Below are positions 32,840-44,661 of a stretch of DNA of 64,000 nt, piece after piece. A program made the position numbers and the translations under genes. A model generated the notes under the pieces. That model saw only the letters and a list, made by a program, of their open reading frames with translations. It made no database searches and was not told the origin of the DNA. The stretch is from an uncultured Actinomycetota bacterium. GTDB taxonomy: Bacteria > Actinomycetota > Actinomycetes > JAHEKZ01. How positions within the stretch are numbered: position 1 is the stretch's first letter; every line of letters starts with the position of its first letter. The DNA is taken from positions 2,080,001 through 2,144,000 of the forward strand of contig CAVQYR010000001.1 in the NCBI GenBank assembly GCA_963718235.1, in the 5' to 3' direction.

Positions 32840-33673
32840 TCAGCGCTGCCAGTCGCCGAGCATCCATCGCATCGCTGCGATCGACTCCGGGTCCTTCAGC
32901 TTGTAGGTGCCCCCGGCTCCGTTGTCGCGGTCCCACCAACAGGCGAACCGGGCGCGGTGTGAGCTGAGCCAGCGGGCCGTGTCCCGCATCCATCGCGCTC
33001 GACCCTCCGTGTCCCCGTCCAGGACGGTGGCACCGTACTCAGCCAGGCCCCAAGGCTTGTCGTGCCGCCTGGCCACCTTGAGGACATCGCGATACTTTTG
33101 CCGAGCCGGGATGTAGCGGCCATCCCGCTGGTGCACCTTGCCGTCGAACCCCAGCACGTCGATGAACCTGTCACCGGGGTAGTAGGTCCTCCAACGGTGC
33201 ATTGCCAGGTTGGCGATCATGTCGATGTAGGTAGCCCGAAGGCTTCGCGGTCCGTAGCGGTTCGCGATCCGGACGATGTGCCGCCACGCCTTCACGTAGA
33301 CGCCGGGATTACTCGCGTAGTTGTCGGATGGCTCGTGCCAGTACGCCCACCAGATCCGCACACCGTGCGGCGCTGACCGGAACCACCTCGTGAGCCGAGC
33401 ATCATGCTTGCCTGCGACCACCTCGGCAGCCGGCAACTTGAAGGAGACGACCTGGGGGCGGTGGAGCCAACCGTGCGGGGGGCCGGAGTTGAAGATGCGG
33501 ACCACGTCGAGCCGTCCGTACTTGGCGTCGGCTGCAGCCGGCCCATCCGGGACGGAGGCACCGAAGTTGGTGGCCCAGGCAGGTCCAGCACCCAGCAGCA
33601 GGACGACGGAAACCGCTAGGGCAACCATGTGCCGGGCTACACCCGTTCCTCGATGGTCCGTCGCCGTAGTCAT
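32840..33673 (-). CDS. secreted GH26-like (clan A) glycoside hydrolase
   Basis: Signal peptide; WHEP acid/base, YYPGD..IDVLGFD, KPWGLAEYG nucleophile. Confidence 0.75.
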   Translation of the reverse strand: MTTATDHRGTGVARHMVALAVSVVLLLGAGPAWATNFGASVPDGPAAADAKYGRLDVVRIFNSGPPHGWLHRPQVVSFKLPAAEVVAGKHDARLTRWFRSAPHGVRIWWAYWHEPSDNYASNPGVYVKAWRHIVRIANRYGPRSLRATYIDMIANLAMHRWRTYYPGDRFIDVLGFDGKVHQRDGRYIPARQKYRDVLKVARRHDKPWGLAEYGATVLDGDTEGRARWMRDTARWLSSHRARFACWWDRDNGAGGTYKLKDPESIAAMRWMLGDWQR

Positions 33674-33788
33674 CGGGAGCAATTCTATCGCCGGCGTCCG
33701 CTCGCTCGGCTGCACGCGCTACGGCGGGTCGGAGCATCCAGGATGGTCCGGGCGGCTCTCTCGGCGTCGAGACCTGACCCGGGCTGCT

Positions 33789-34295
33789 GACCCAAAGGCA
33801 GCGCTGCTCGACGACGCCGGCGTCGAAAGCGGGTGCGACCTCTCGGTCGATGGTGGCGTACCCGCGACCACCCCGAACGCCGGACCCTACGCCGGCTCGC
33901 CTGGCTGGATCACCAGCTCAACCACGCTCGGCTGTTCGCGTGGGTGGACGGTGGTTGAGTACGCGGCGCGACGGCAGGTCATCGACGCTGACGGCACCAG
34001 AGGAATCCGCTTCATCGACGGACGCTGGCGTTGGGTCACCGCTACACCGTCGCCCGATCCGGTTCAGTACATCGCCGAGGGGCGGATCAGTCCATGCCTG
34101 CTGAGGACCGATGGCTCTCTACGGTACTCAGGAGCATCAGACCGCCCTTGGCTGCTGCGCCGAGGAACCCACCCGTTCATCATCGGTGGCTGGGCCAAGG
34201 TCAACGAGAGCACGTTCGACCGTCACCCGCACATGGACCCGGTGGAAACCATCATCTCCGTGACCTGCACCCGAGAGCGTCGACCCTTCCGGTAG
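33789..34295 (+). pseudogene. 5'-truncated paralog of the secreted protein at 39489-40082
   Basis: Shares GPYAGSPGW, DGTRG, ATPSPDP, ISPC, PWLL.RG.H.F, GG.AKVNE, VTCTRERR; no in-frame start or signal peptide. Confidence 0.6.
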
Positions 34296-34498
34296 CAGGA
34301 AGACCCTCTCGCCCACGAGCCCCCAGCGCTGCTCACGAGCGCTTGCTCGTCCTTCACCATGCCCGACCGGGTCGGGCATGGACAACTGACCTCATCGGGA
34401 GCGGTCCAGTCTTCGTGGCCGACATCGACACGGTGAAACTGCGATCGCCTTGGGCTGGTTGGATGTCTTGGTGAAGACCGACCTATCGGAGGAAGGCC

Positions 34499-34831
34499 AT
34501 GGCCGACAACTCACAGCAAGCGTGGAGTCAGGTGGGCGAGAAGTTCTCGTCCTGGGGACGCCGAGTCGCGGTCCACTACCGAGACGCCGGTGAAGCCACC
34601 TCCACGAGCGCCCAGGACGCCGAGAAGGAGCTGCAGCGGTTCGCCAAGGAGGTGGTGGACGAACTGTCCAAGGGATTCACGACCGTGAGCAAGACGTTGA
34701 GCGACGACCAGGCAAGCCAAGAACTGGGGGCGGCCTTCAACGCTATCGGGGACGCGATCACCGCGACGGTGAACGAAGCCAGCCGGGCGATCCGTTCTGG
34801 CAGTTCCAGGGACCAGTCGCCGCCTGACTGA
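34499..34831 (+). CDS. hypothetical helical protein
   Basis: GGAGG RBS, clean ORF. Confidence 0.7.
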   Translation: MADNSQQAWSQVGEKFSSWGRRVAVHYRDAGEATSTSAQDAEKELQRFAKEVVDELSKGFTTVSKTLSDDQASQELGAAFNAIGDAITATVNEASRAIRSGSSRDQSPPD

Positions 34832-34965
34832 TCAGCACCCTTCGGTGCTGCCGAACCAGCGTGGCGACGCTGCGGAGACAGACCTTCGTTGAGTTCCGCT
34901 AGCGCCGCCCGCAGGGTGACGAGCGACAGCAGACTCACGACTCAGCACAGTCGAGTGGACGCCGA

Positions 34966-35187
34966 TCAGGAGCCCTTGCTCTTGGCGGCCTTGACGGCGT
35001 CAGCGGACAGCTTCCCGATCACAGCTGCTCGGGTCATCGGGTCTAGCGCGTCGAGCTGAGCCTCGATGTCCGTGGCGGTGTCGCTTGCGACCTGGCGCAT
35101 CCTCCGAACCCGGATGACGACAACCACGATCCCGGCCGCGGTCGCGACGACCAGCGTCACGGCCAGGAATCTTCTGGACCGGCTCAT
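34966..35187 (-). CDS. small membrane-anchored hypothetical protein
   Basis: N-terminal TM helix; AGGGAG RBS. Confidence 0.65.
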   Translation of the reverse strand: MSRSRRFLAVTLVVATAAGIVVVVIRVRRMRQVASDTATDIEAQLDALDPMTRAAVIGKLSADAVKAAKSKGS

Positions 35188-35374
35188 CGCTGCTCCCTAG
35201 ATCGCGGACATCGGGTCGAACGACTCAGTCCAAAGGTAGTCGCCCACAAACACCGACTGAACTCTGTGCGACCGTTCCCAGTGCACGAGCAGTTTGAGCC
35301 CGGCGAACGGTGCGACATCTGGTAAGGACAGCGGGGCCCTCTCCACAATCAGTCTTTACGGACGGAACACACCC

Positions 35375-35442
35375 TAGCGGCCCTGAGGTGCCTGGCCCCG
35401 GCTAAGTCCGAGGGCTCCACCCTTAGCCGGTGCGGGCCGCTA
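35375..35442 (-). terminator. nested inverted repeat at the end of the pentapeptide-repeat gene
   Basis: TAGCGGCCC/GGGCCGCTA outer arms, CCGGCTAAG/CTTAGCCGG inner arms. Confidence 0.45.
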
Positions 35443-37053
35443 CCGGGTGAATCGGAACTGTGCGGAGTGCCAGATCCCGTCGCCGAGGTTGATGCTGAGG
35501 GTGCGGCAGGTGCCGGCCCAAGTCGATCGGGTTGGGAAGACGTAGCGGTAGTCACCGCCTCGGACCCGGGTCAGACCGGGGCGCCGGGGGGTGTAGGTCT
35601 CGATCCGGTCGGTCGGGGCCGCAGTGTGGCACCGGTGAACCTTGGCACGGGCGTTGGCGTAGGAGACTCCGCGGACCGGGGCGCCGTTGGCGTCGAACAC
35701 CGAGAAGTTGAACGGGATCTTGCGTCCGGCGATGGCCTTGTTGACAACCCGCCCGTTGTTGACTGGTGCCCGGAACTTCGACACTCCGTAGACCACCCGG
35801 TAGTTGCACCGGGCACTGGCCGGGTTGCCGGCGGCGTCTTCGCCGGAGACGGTCACCGTCCTGGGCCCGACGCGGGAGGTGCGAGCGTTCGCACTGACCG
35901 TGGTCGAGGCGGGTGCTGTTTCGTCGGTCAGCGTGGCAGTCACTGTCGCGGGTGACTTGTTCAGCCGGAACCTGGGCGCAGGCTGGTTGCAGGTCACGAC
36001 CGGAGGGGTGGTGTCCTTCGGCGGGGTGTAGGTCAGGCAACCACCCTCGATGCTGTACCCGGCCGGCAGCACCAGTGGGATCCCGCGGATCTGGCAGCCG
36101 CTGGCGTTGGTGAGGTCAGCCCCGGTCAGGTCGGTGAAGTCAAGGTCGGCTCCGGCCAGACTGGCTCCTACCAGGGTGGATCGGCGCATGTCTGCGTAGG
36201 CCAGGTCCGCGTCGGTCAGATCCACCCCGTTGAGGTTGCTGCCGCGCAGGTCGGCCCGGGCCAGCTTGGCGTTAGACAGGTTCGCGTTGTTCACACTCGA
36301 CCGGGTCAGGTTGGCCCGCCGCAGGTCAGCACCAGACAGGTTCGCGTTGTTCAGGGTCGCGTCAGAGATGATCGCGGTGGACAGGTCAGCGCCGGACAGG
36401 TCAGCGTTGGTCATGGTTGTTCCCGACAGGTCCGCGCCGGACAGTGCAGCGCCAGAAAGATCGGCGGCAGGCCCGACCAGGTAACCGGCGACGATCACCC
36501 ACGGTGTGGGCAACGCAGTGGGCGTGCCGGTGACACCCCCCGACCGCACCCGCACCAGCGTCGCCCGGGTCAGGTTCGCCCGGACCACGCTGACACCTGC
36601 AAGGTCAGCACCGGTCAGGTCAGCACCACGCAGGTCACCGTCGTTGAGGTTCGCGCCGGTCAGCTTGATGTTGACAAGCACGGCTTCGGTCAGGTTCACG
36701 TCGCTTAGGCTCGCCCCGGTCAGGTTGGCCCCGGTCAGGTTCGCATCGATCAACGCCGCTGCGTCCATGTCCGCCGCGGACAGGTTCGCCGCGGACAGAT
36801 TGGCACGGCGCAGATCAGCGCCCGCCAGGTTCGCGCCGGCCAAGTTGCAACCCGACCAGTCCACATCGGCCGTGGGAGCTGGGGTCACGTCGCCGGTCAT
36901 CGGATCCACGCTCGGACACACAGCCGCAGACGCATGCGGGGCGGTCATTAGAGCCACCGGCAACAGCAGACTCAGCAAGCCCAGGGCAGCCCCGCGCAGA
37001 CGCCTCTGTGTTGGCGCAGCACTGGCAGATACGAACTCTCGACTGTCGTTCAT
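35440..37053 (-). CDS. secreted pentapeptide-repeat protein with Ig-like and PxKF-like C-terminal domains
   Basis: Signal peptide ending APHASA; two blocks of A(N/D)LxG repeats; DTTPP...DAAGN; KAIAGRKIPFNF. Confidence 0.85.
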   Translation of the reverse strand: MNDSREFVSASAAPTQRRLRGAALGLLSLLLPVALMTAPHASAAVCPSVDPMTGDVTPAPTADVDWSGCNLAGANLAGADLRRANLSAANLSAADMDAAALIDANLTGANLTGASLSDVNLTEAVLVNIKLTGANLNDGDLRGADLTGADLAGVSVVRANLTRATLVRVRSGGVTGTPTALPTPWVIVAGYLVGPAADLSGAALSGADLSGTTMTNADLSGADLSTAIISDATLNNANLSGADLRRANLTRSSVNNANLSNAKLARADLRGSNLNGVDLTDADLAYADMRRSTLVGASLAGADLDFTDLTGADLTNASGCQIRGIPLVLPAGYSIEGGCLTYTPPKDTTPPVVTCNQPAPRFRLNKSPATVTATLTDETAPASTTVSANARTSRVGPRTVTVSGEDAAGNPASARCNYRVVYGVSKFRAPVNNGRVVNKAIAGRKIPFNFSVFDANGAPVRGVSYANARAKVHRCHTAAPTDRIETYTPRRPGLTRVRGGDYRYVFPTRSTWAGTCRTLSINLGDGIWHSAQFRFTR

Positions 37054-37591
37054 GAGCGGTGCCCCGTTCCCCGTTGTCTGACTTAGTGCTGACCGTAGGA
37101 GACCAAGGCGTCTACGGCGATGGGCCAAAGACCCCTCCCCTCTAGTTCGCGAATGCGCGGCTGAAGCGGTCCGTCACCCAGTCGGGGCAACCCAGATGAC
37201 CTTCAGTGCCCTACCCGCTACCCACCGATGCCGCATCGAGTCACGTCGGCGACGCTGGGTGGCGCCCACTCCGTCGATTCACAATTCCGCAGTCGAGCCT
37301 GGCGGGCCACGGGCACCAGCCCCGGGGCCAGCAGTGTCGTGCCGATGACGTCAGCTACGGCTGAAGGCGAAATCGTCCACGTACACCGTGGCGTTGAGAC
37401 TGGTCGCGAGCACCTGGTTCTCGAAGTGACACGGCTGCGTTTCGCAGGCATTCGCCGCAGTTGTGGACTCTCCAGTCGTGCACTTCGGCTGCGTCAGTGC
37501 GTCGGAGGATTGCTGACTAGTCCGAACACATCTGGTCCTCGTGGGCACACGGTGGGACCATTGAACCCTCGTCCGAATTCGGGGTGAAGAC

Positions 37592-38687
37592 ATGAGGCAC
37601 GCAGCGGCCCTGTTCGCGGGCAGCCTGTTCGTCTTCTCAGCGCTGTCGATTGCCGGACCGGGTCTCGCCCACGGTGTATCCCCGGTCGTGCCCGTCGCAG
37701 GCGGGTTCGACGGCCCGCTGCAGATCGACGTCGGGGCGTCGGGCCAGGTGTACGTCGGCCAGGCCTTCACCGGAACCCTGACGAAGATTCGGCCGAACAG
37801 CACCACCAAGGACCTGGTCTCGGTCCCGGGTCAGGAGATCACTGGCGTCGCCTCGCGGGGCAACGACGTTGCCTTCACCTGGACCAACGGCGACCCTGAC
37901 CACCCAGCGGCCGAGCTGCGCCTGCGGACGGCAGATGGCAGAGTCCGGACGATCGCCAACCTGTACGCCTACGAGAAGAGGCAGAACCCGGACGCGGTCA
38001 ACGTGTACGGGTTCAAGACACTGTCAGCTCGGTGCGCGGCTAGGGTCCCAGCCGAGCTCGGCGGGGGGAAGCCGTACACCGGGGTCGTCGACTCGCACCC
38101 GTACGCCGTGGCCAACGCCCCTGACGGTGGCTGGTACGTGGCCGACGCCGGTGCCAACGACATCCTGTACGTGTCGCCCACCGGCAAGGTGCAGACCTCG
38201 AACATCATGCACCGGATCAAGGTTACTGTGACGACAGCCATCGCGCGGCACCTGGGGCTGCCGGCCTGCACCGTCAACCAGGGCTACTCCTTCGAGCCAG
38301 TGCCCACTGATGTGGAGGTGACATCGGACGGGAACGTGCTGTACATCAGTCTGCTGCCGGGCGGCCCCGAAGACCTCAGCATCGGTCCGCCGCGGCCAGG
38401 TGGTCCATACGTATCCATGCGCAGGCTGTTCGATCGCGGATCAGCTGGGCGACCAGAACCGCTTGGGCGTCAACTTTGCCGGCGCCTCGAACGTGGCGGT
38501 CGGCGGCCCTGGCAACCGGCTGTACGTCTCCGAGTTGTTCGGCGACGACGTCTTGGTCCGCAAGGGCGGAGTCTGGGAAACCTTCGTCGAGCTACCGGCG
38601 CCGGCGTCGATCGAGGTCGTGGGGAGCACCCTGTACGTCGCCTACGACGTCTTCGGCGACGGGAAGGTCGCGAAGATCGCGCTCTAA
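37592..38687 (+). pseudogene. ScyD/ScyE-family secreted beta-propeller protein with a 1-nt frameshift
   Basis: YE...NPD, DSHPYAVA, VADAGANDI, EPVPTDV, LPGGPED; C-terminal blades continue in the frame of 38400..38687; extra C at about 38390. Confidence 0.75.
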
Positions 38688-39488
38688 CGACCACGACCAC
38701 GGGAGCGGGCCATGCAGGGCCCCCAGAGCCCCGGGCGGCGGCGCAACCCAGAATGGCCCGGCCTTCGGTGCCCTTGGGTGTCACCTGACCGGTCGATCCA
38801 TCGAGATCGTTCAACAATGACTGATCGCCCCCGCCCTGCATGGAACACTTCAGCCGCGGATGGGCAAGCTGAGACCGCCCGATCGGTGATGGGTGTCAAG
38901 TCCTGGGGTCAAGTCCGGATTCCGGAAGACTTGCTGGAGGCCGACCTGCCGCCGCCAACGGATGCGCGATCCTCCTTCATCCATGGAGACATCCCCAAGG
39001 ATTGGCATCGGGGGGTCGTGAAGCGGGTTCGAGAGGTGACGGACGCACGTCGTCAGCTGAACGGGTTGCGACGGGGGTAGCCGGTGGACGACATGGAGGC
39101 CCTGATCTAACGTCTCCGACGTGGCCCTTTCTCTCTTCTACACGATGCTGCCCGCCGCTCTCGAGGAGGACTTGCTTGACGAGTGGACTGTCGTTCAGTT
39201 GCGGGCTGACTGGGAGCGACGGGCTGACGAGGTGTTGCGTGTTTGGGGAGGCGAGCCCTTCGACGCCGAGCAGTCTGACCCACAGCAGAATCCCGAGGCC
39301 GCATCATCCGAGGGTGACGTGACCCATCAGCAGGCGCTGGGGATCCTGAGTCACTGCCTGAAGCAGCGCTTCGATGCACCCCCAAGTCCGTGCTCCAGGG
39401 GTCTTCGTGGCGTTCAAAGACGGCGACATGGCGCCGTTCAAGACGCATTCCAGCAATCGCCAGACCCAGAACAGACCACGGGGGAATC

Positions 39489-40082
39489 ATGATCAAACGA
39501 GTCCTTGGACTATCCGCCGTGCTGGCCTTCGCCCTGGCCACACCTGCGTACGCGGCCTGGGTACGGCCATCCAGCGCACCGCTGCTCGACCGGGAAGGCG
39601 TCGACAGCGGCTGTGTCGCGTGGGTCACCGGAGGTGACCCTTCGCACGGACCGACCGAGGGCCCCTACGCCGGCTCACCAGGGTGGGTGAACACCCGCGT
39701 CGACCTGGTGTGCGCACACCACTGGCGGGCCGACCAGCTGGGGTACCGGTGGCAGGTAGTCAGCAAAGACGGCACCAGGGGAGCTGTCTTCCAGGGCGGT
39801 GACGCTCGGTCGTGGCTACCCGACGACGCCACCCCATCACCCGACCCGTTCACCACCGCGGCCTACACCGAGATCAGCCCCTGCATGCTCAAGAGCGATG
39901 GATCGCTCCACCTCCCGGGCACCTCAGACCTCCCCTGGCTGCTCACCCGAGGTGCGCACCAGTTCCTCCTGGGCGGGTACGCCAAAGTCAACGAGTACAA
40001 AGCCGACCTGCACCCCTACAAGGCCACCGTCGAGAAGCAGATCACCGTGACCTGCACCCGAGAGCGCCGCGGATTCCGGTAG
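39489..40082 (+). CDS. secreted hypothetical protein with four Cys
   Basis: Signal peptide MIKRVLGLSAVLAFALATPAYA; GGGGGA RBS; paralog at 33789. Confidence 0.8.
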   Translation: MIKRVLGLSAVLAFALATPAYAAWVRPSSAPLLDREGVDSGCVAWVTGGDPSHGPTEGPYAGSPGWVNTRVDLVCAHHWRADQLGYRWQVVSKDGTRGAVFQGGDARSWLPDDATPSPDPFTTAAYTEISPCMLKSDGSLHLPGTSDLPWLLTRGAHQFLLGGYAKVNEYKADLHPYKATVEKQITVTCTRERRGFR

Positions 40083-40192
40083 GGCGAGTGACCCCGCCAA
40101 CGATTCCTCGTTGAGGCAGTCGCCGCCTGGACCCGGTGGCCCGCAGCATGAGGCCTCTGGCCCGCGAACCCGTGGTCTTTGCGCCGAAAGCG

Positions 40193-41818
<1,626 letters not shown>

Positions 41819-42020
41819 CGGGGAGCTAGCCTCCTCGGGCGTCGGTCAACGGGCAGGGTCGACCCACTCGCGAACGGTCAGGGATCGATCGAAGGCGCAT
41901 CCGCCTCGACGTCGTGGGTGACATTGTAGTCAGTCGTTCATGAGCCGCTGGACGCGCCCACCGGCCTCCCACGCCTCGGAGGAACGGCTCAGACCCCGCC
42001 GTTGTTCCGCCCGGGCTGGG

Positions 42021-42425
42021 TCAGTCAGGCGACTTGACCGCGAGCACGGGGCAGTTGGCGTCCAGGAGCACCCGCTGCGCCTGGCTGCCCAGGAGCAGCT
42101 TTCCGACCGGAGAGCGCCGGCGCAGGCCGATCACGATCAGCTCCGCGGCGTACTCCTCCGCCACGTCGATGATGTCGGCGGCCGGCTCGTTGCCCCGGAC
42201 CAGACCCCGCACCTCGTGCGGCACCCCGGCTTCGACCAGCTGGTCCCCGAGCCGCTTGAGGTCGGCAGCCTCGTCGGCCATGTCGTCGTCCTCGGTACCC
42301 ACACCACCCTTGTGGGAGATGACCGCCACGACCGTGGCGCCACGCAGCTTCGCCTCGTCGATGGCTCGACGCAGGGCGGCCTCGCCCTCAGGCTTGGCGA
42401 CGTACCCGACGACGATGGTCGTCAT
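42021..42425 (-). CDS. universal stress protein
   Basis: TIVVGY, LIVIGLRRRSPVGKLLLGS..QRVLL.A.CPVLAV. Confidence 0.93.
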   Translation of the reverse strand: MTTIVVGYVAKPEGEAALRRAIDEAKLRGATVVAVISHKGGVGTEDDDMADEAADLKRLGDQLVEAGVPHEVRGLVRGNEPAADIIDVAEEYAAELIVIGLRRRSPVGKLLLGSQAQRVLLDANCPVLAVKSPD

Positions 42426-42522
42426 CGCGACCTCCCTGGATCACCGCCGTAGCGGCTCGTGCCCCACTCCGCGGGGTTCCGCGGTGCTTGCGACCGTACC
42501 GGATCGGTGGCCGCAAAGGGTC

Positions 42523-43407
42523 TTAGTCGGACACCAGAACGGCGCGGGCCTCGTGCACGACAAGGGGAAGCGGACCCGCGGACTGCTCGACCGGAGCCCC
42601 GCTGACCGGGAAGGGCCCGAGCCCGTCGATGGTGAACCAACCCTGCCATCGGCTGCTGACCTGGACCGAGACCGTGCCCGGCCGGGTGTAGGTGTGGCTG
42701 ACCGACCGGTTCGGCCACGGCCCACCGGGCTGGTCGGTAACCAGCTCACCGCCGTCACCGAACTGCCACCGCCAGGACGCGCGGGCGTCGAGGACCACCG
42801 CGAAACCGACCAGGTCGAATCGGCGGGTGTCCAGGCGAGCCGGCTGCCCGGAGGCGAACAGGGTGGGGAGGTTCACGACCGTGCCACCCGGTGGCTGGTA
42901 GGTCGGCTCGAGCCTGGGGACCCGCTCGATGACGACGTCGGCCAGCCGGTCCGCGACGTCGTCGACGGTCAGCGGCGCACCGTTGACACAGACCGAGCCC
43001 ACCACGACCCAGGAGAGTCCCGGGGGACGTGCCAGCAGCACGACCATGCGCCGCTCCCCCACCGGGCAAGACGTGGCAGCCGGCCCACAGCCGACGCCCC
43101 CGACGTCGTCCCGCTTGCACACGGGCACCAGCGCCCACTGGCAGTCGGGGCACGCGGCCGCGTCGGAGCGGTCGATCGAGCTGCCGGTGAACGAGTCGGC
43201 CGGAAGCAGCAGGCCACCCGTGCCGACGAACGCCGCGTGCTGCAGGTCGGTGTCCACGTCGACACAGCCCTCGGGGGTGGGCACGCAGTCGGTGGGCTCG
43301 GCTCGTGCTGGGGACGCGAGACCGGGGGCCAGCCCCGCCAGGACGACGACGACCAGCAGGAGCAGGACCCGCGTGGGTCCCAGCACGGTGCGAACGCCCC
43401 CGATCAC
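42523..43407 (-). CDS. secreted Cys-rich protein with C-terminal PKD-like domain
   Basis: Signal peptide; VVNLPTLF, WQFGDG, PGGPWP, SHTYTRPG; TACAGT box 7 nt before GTG 43407. Confidence 0.75.
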   Translation of the reverse strand: MIGGVRTVLGPTRVLLLLVVVVLAGLAPGLASPARAEPTDCVPTPEGCVDVDTDLQHAAFVGTGGLLLPADSFTGSSIDRSDAAACPDCQWALVPVCKRDDVGGVGCGPAATSCPVGERRMVVLLARPPGLSWVVVGSVCVNGAPLTVDDVADRLADVVIERVPRLEPTYQPPGGTVVNLPTLFASGQPARLDTRRFDLVGFAVVLDARASWRWQFGDGGELVTDQPGGPWPNRSVSHTYTRPGTVSVQVSSRWQGWFTIDGLGPFPVSGAPVEQSAGPLPLVVHEARAVLVSD

Positions 43408-43482
43408 GGCCAGGACTGTAGGACGACACCCACCGGCGATGCAGTCGTCATCCACACCCGCGACCCCGACGGAGCACACTCG

Positions 43483-44655
43483 TCACCTGAGGTTGCGGGC
43501 TGGCTCCGGTCGGTCAGCAAGAGCCGTGGCCCGCCTGACCAGCTCGGCGATGGCGCCGGTCTCCAGCAGGAACCCGTCGTGCCCGTACGGTGAGGCGATG
43601 ACGTGCACCCCGTCGGCCCCTGGGATCAGGTCGACCAGCTGCTCCTGCAGCCACAGCGGGTACAGCCGGTCGCTGTCGACCCCTGCCACCACCACTGGTG
43701 CCTCGACCCGCCCCAGTGCCACCGCCAGGCCTCCCCGGCCCCGCCCCACGTCATGGGTACTCATGGCGTCGGTGAGCGCCACGTACGTGCCGGCGTCGAA
43801 CCGGCGGGCCAGCTTGTCAGCCTGGTGGTCCAGGTAGCTGCTGACCGCGTAGCGGCCGCCGCCCAGGGGGTCTTCCTGTGCCTGTGCGGCGCGGCCGAAC
43901 CGCATCTGCAGCTCCGGCTCCGACCGGTAGGTGAGGTGGGCGAACCGCCGAGCCGTCCCCATTCCGACGTGCGGACCCGACCCGTCGGGGCCGTCGTGGT
44001 AGTCGCCTCCTTGCCAGCGGGGGTCGCTGGTGATCGCCTGCACCTGGGCGGTCTGGGTGGCGATCTGGTCGGCCGTCGCCGCAGCACCCACCGCCACCAC
44101 CAACGCGGACCGCACCCGCTGGGGGTGACCCACCAACCACTCCAAGGCTCGCATCCCGCCCATCGAGCCCCCCACCACAGCGGCCCACGACGGGATGCCC
44201 AGAGCATCGGCCAGCGCCACCTCGACGGACACCTGGTCACGCACGGTGGTGCGTGGGAAGCGGGACCCCCACGTCTGACCGTCGGGGGCTCGGGACGACG
44301 GACCGGTCGTGCCCTGGCACCCGCCCAGCACGTTGGGGGCCACCACGAACCAGCGGTCGGTGTCCAGCGGTGCGCCGGGGCCGACGATGTCGGGCCACCA
44401 CCCGGGGGTGCGATGTCCGGGCTCGGAGGGACCTACGAGGTGGGAGTCGCCGGTCAGGGCGTGGAGCACCAGAACCGCGTTCGAACCATCGGGAGCCAGC
44501 TCGCCCCAGGTCTCGAAGGCCACGCGTACCTGGGGCAGTGACACCCCCGACTCCAGGGTGAGGTCCCCGACGTCGGCGAACCGCCGTCGACCGGGATGGT
44601 CCCCCTCCCGCCACGCGGCGGTGGCAGGAGGAGGACCGGAGGCCAGCGAGGTCAT
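43483..44655 (-). CDS. metX: homoserine O-acetyltransferase
   Basis: [30 protein letters not shown]. Confidence 0.95.
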   Translation of the reverse strand: MTSLASGPPPATAAWREGDHPGRRRFADVGDLTLESGVSLPQVRVAFETWGELAPDGSNAVLVLHALTGDSHLVGPSEPGHRTPGWWPDIVGPGAPLDTDRWFVVAPNVLGGCQGTTGPSSRAPDGQTWGSRFPRTTVRDQVSVEVALADALGIPSWAAVVGGSMGGMRALEWLVGHPQRVRSALVVAVGAAATADQIATQTAQVQAITSDPRWQGGDYHDGPDGSGPHVGMGTARRFAHLTYRSEPELQMRFGRAAQAQEDPLGGGRYAVSSYLDHQADKLARRFDAGTYVALTDAMSTHDVGRGRGGLAVALGRVEAPVVVAGVDSDRLYPLWLQEQLVDLIPGADGVHVIASPYGHDGFLLETGAIAELVRRATALADRPEPARNLR

Positions 44656-44661
44656 CGCCGC

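Noticed and set aside
32840-33673. GH26-like hydrolase as part of the MMP pathway
   Set aside because: GH26 enzymes act on beta-linked glycans and this one is secreted; MMP is alpha-linked and intracellular, and the gene is 10 kb away
35440-37053. Qnr/MfpA-type quinolone resistance linked to parE
   Set aside because: The protein has a signal peptide and extracellular domains and lies 35 kb from parE
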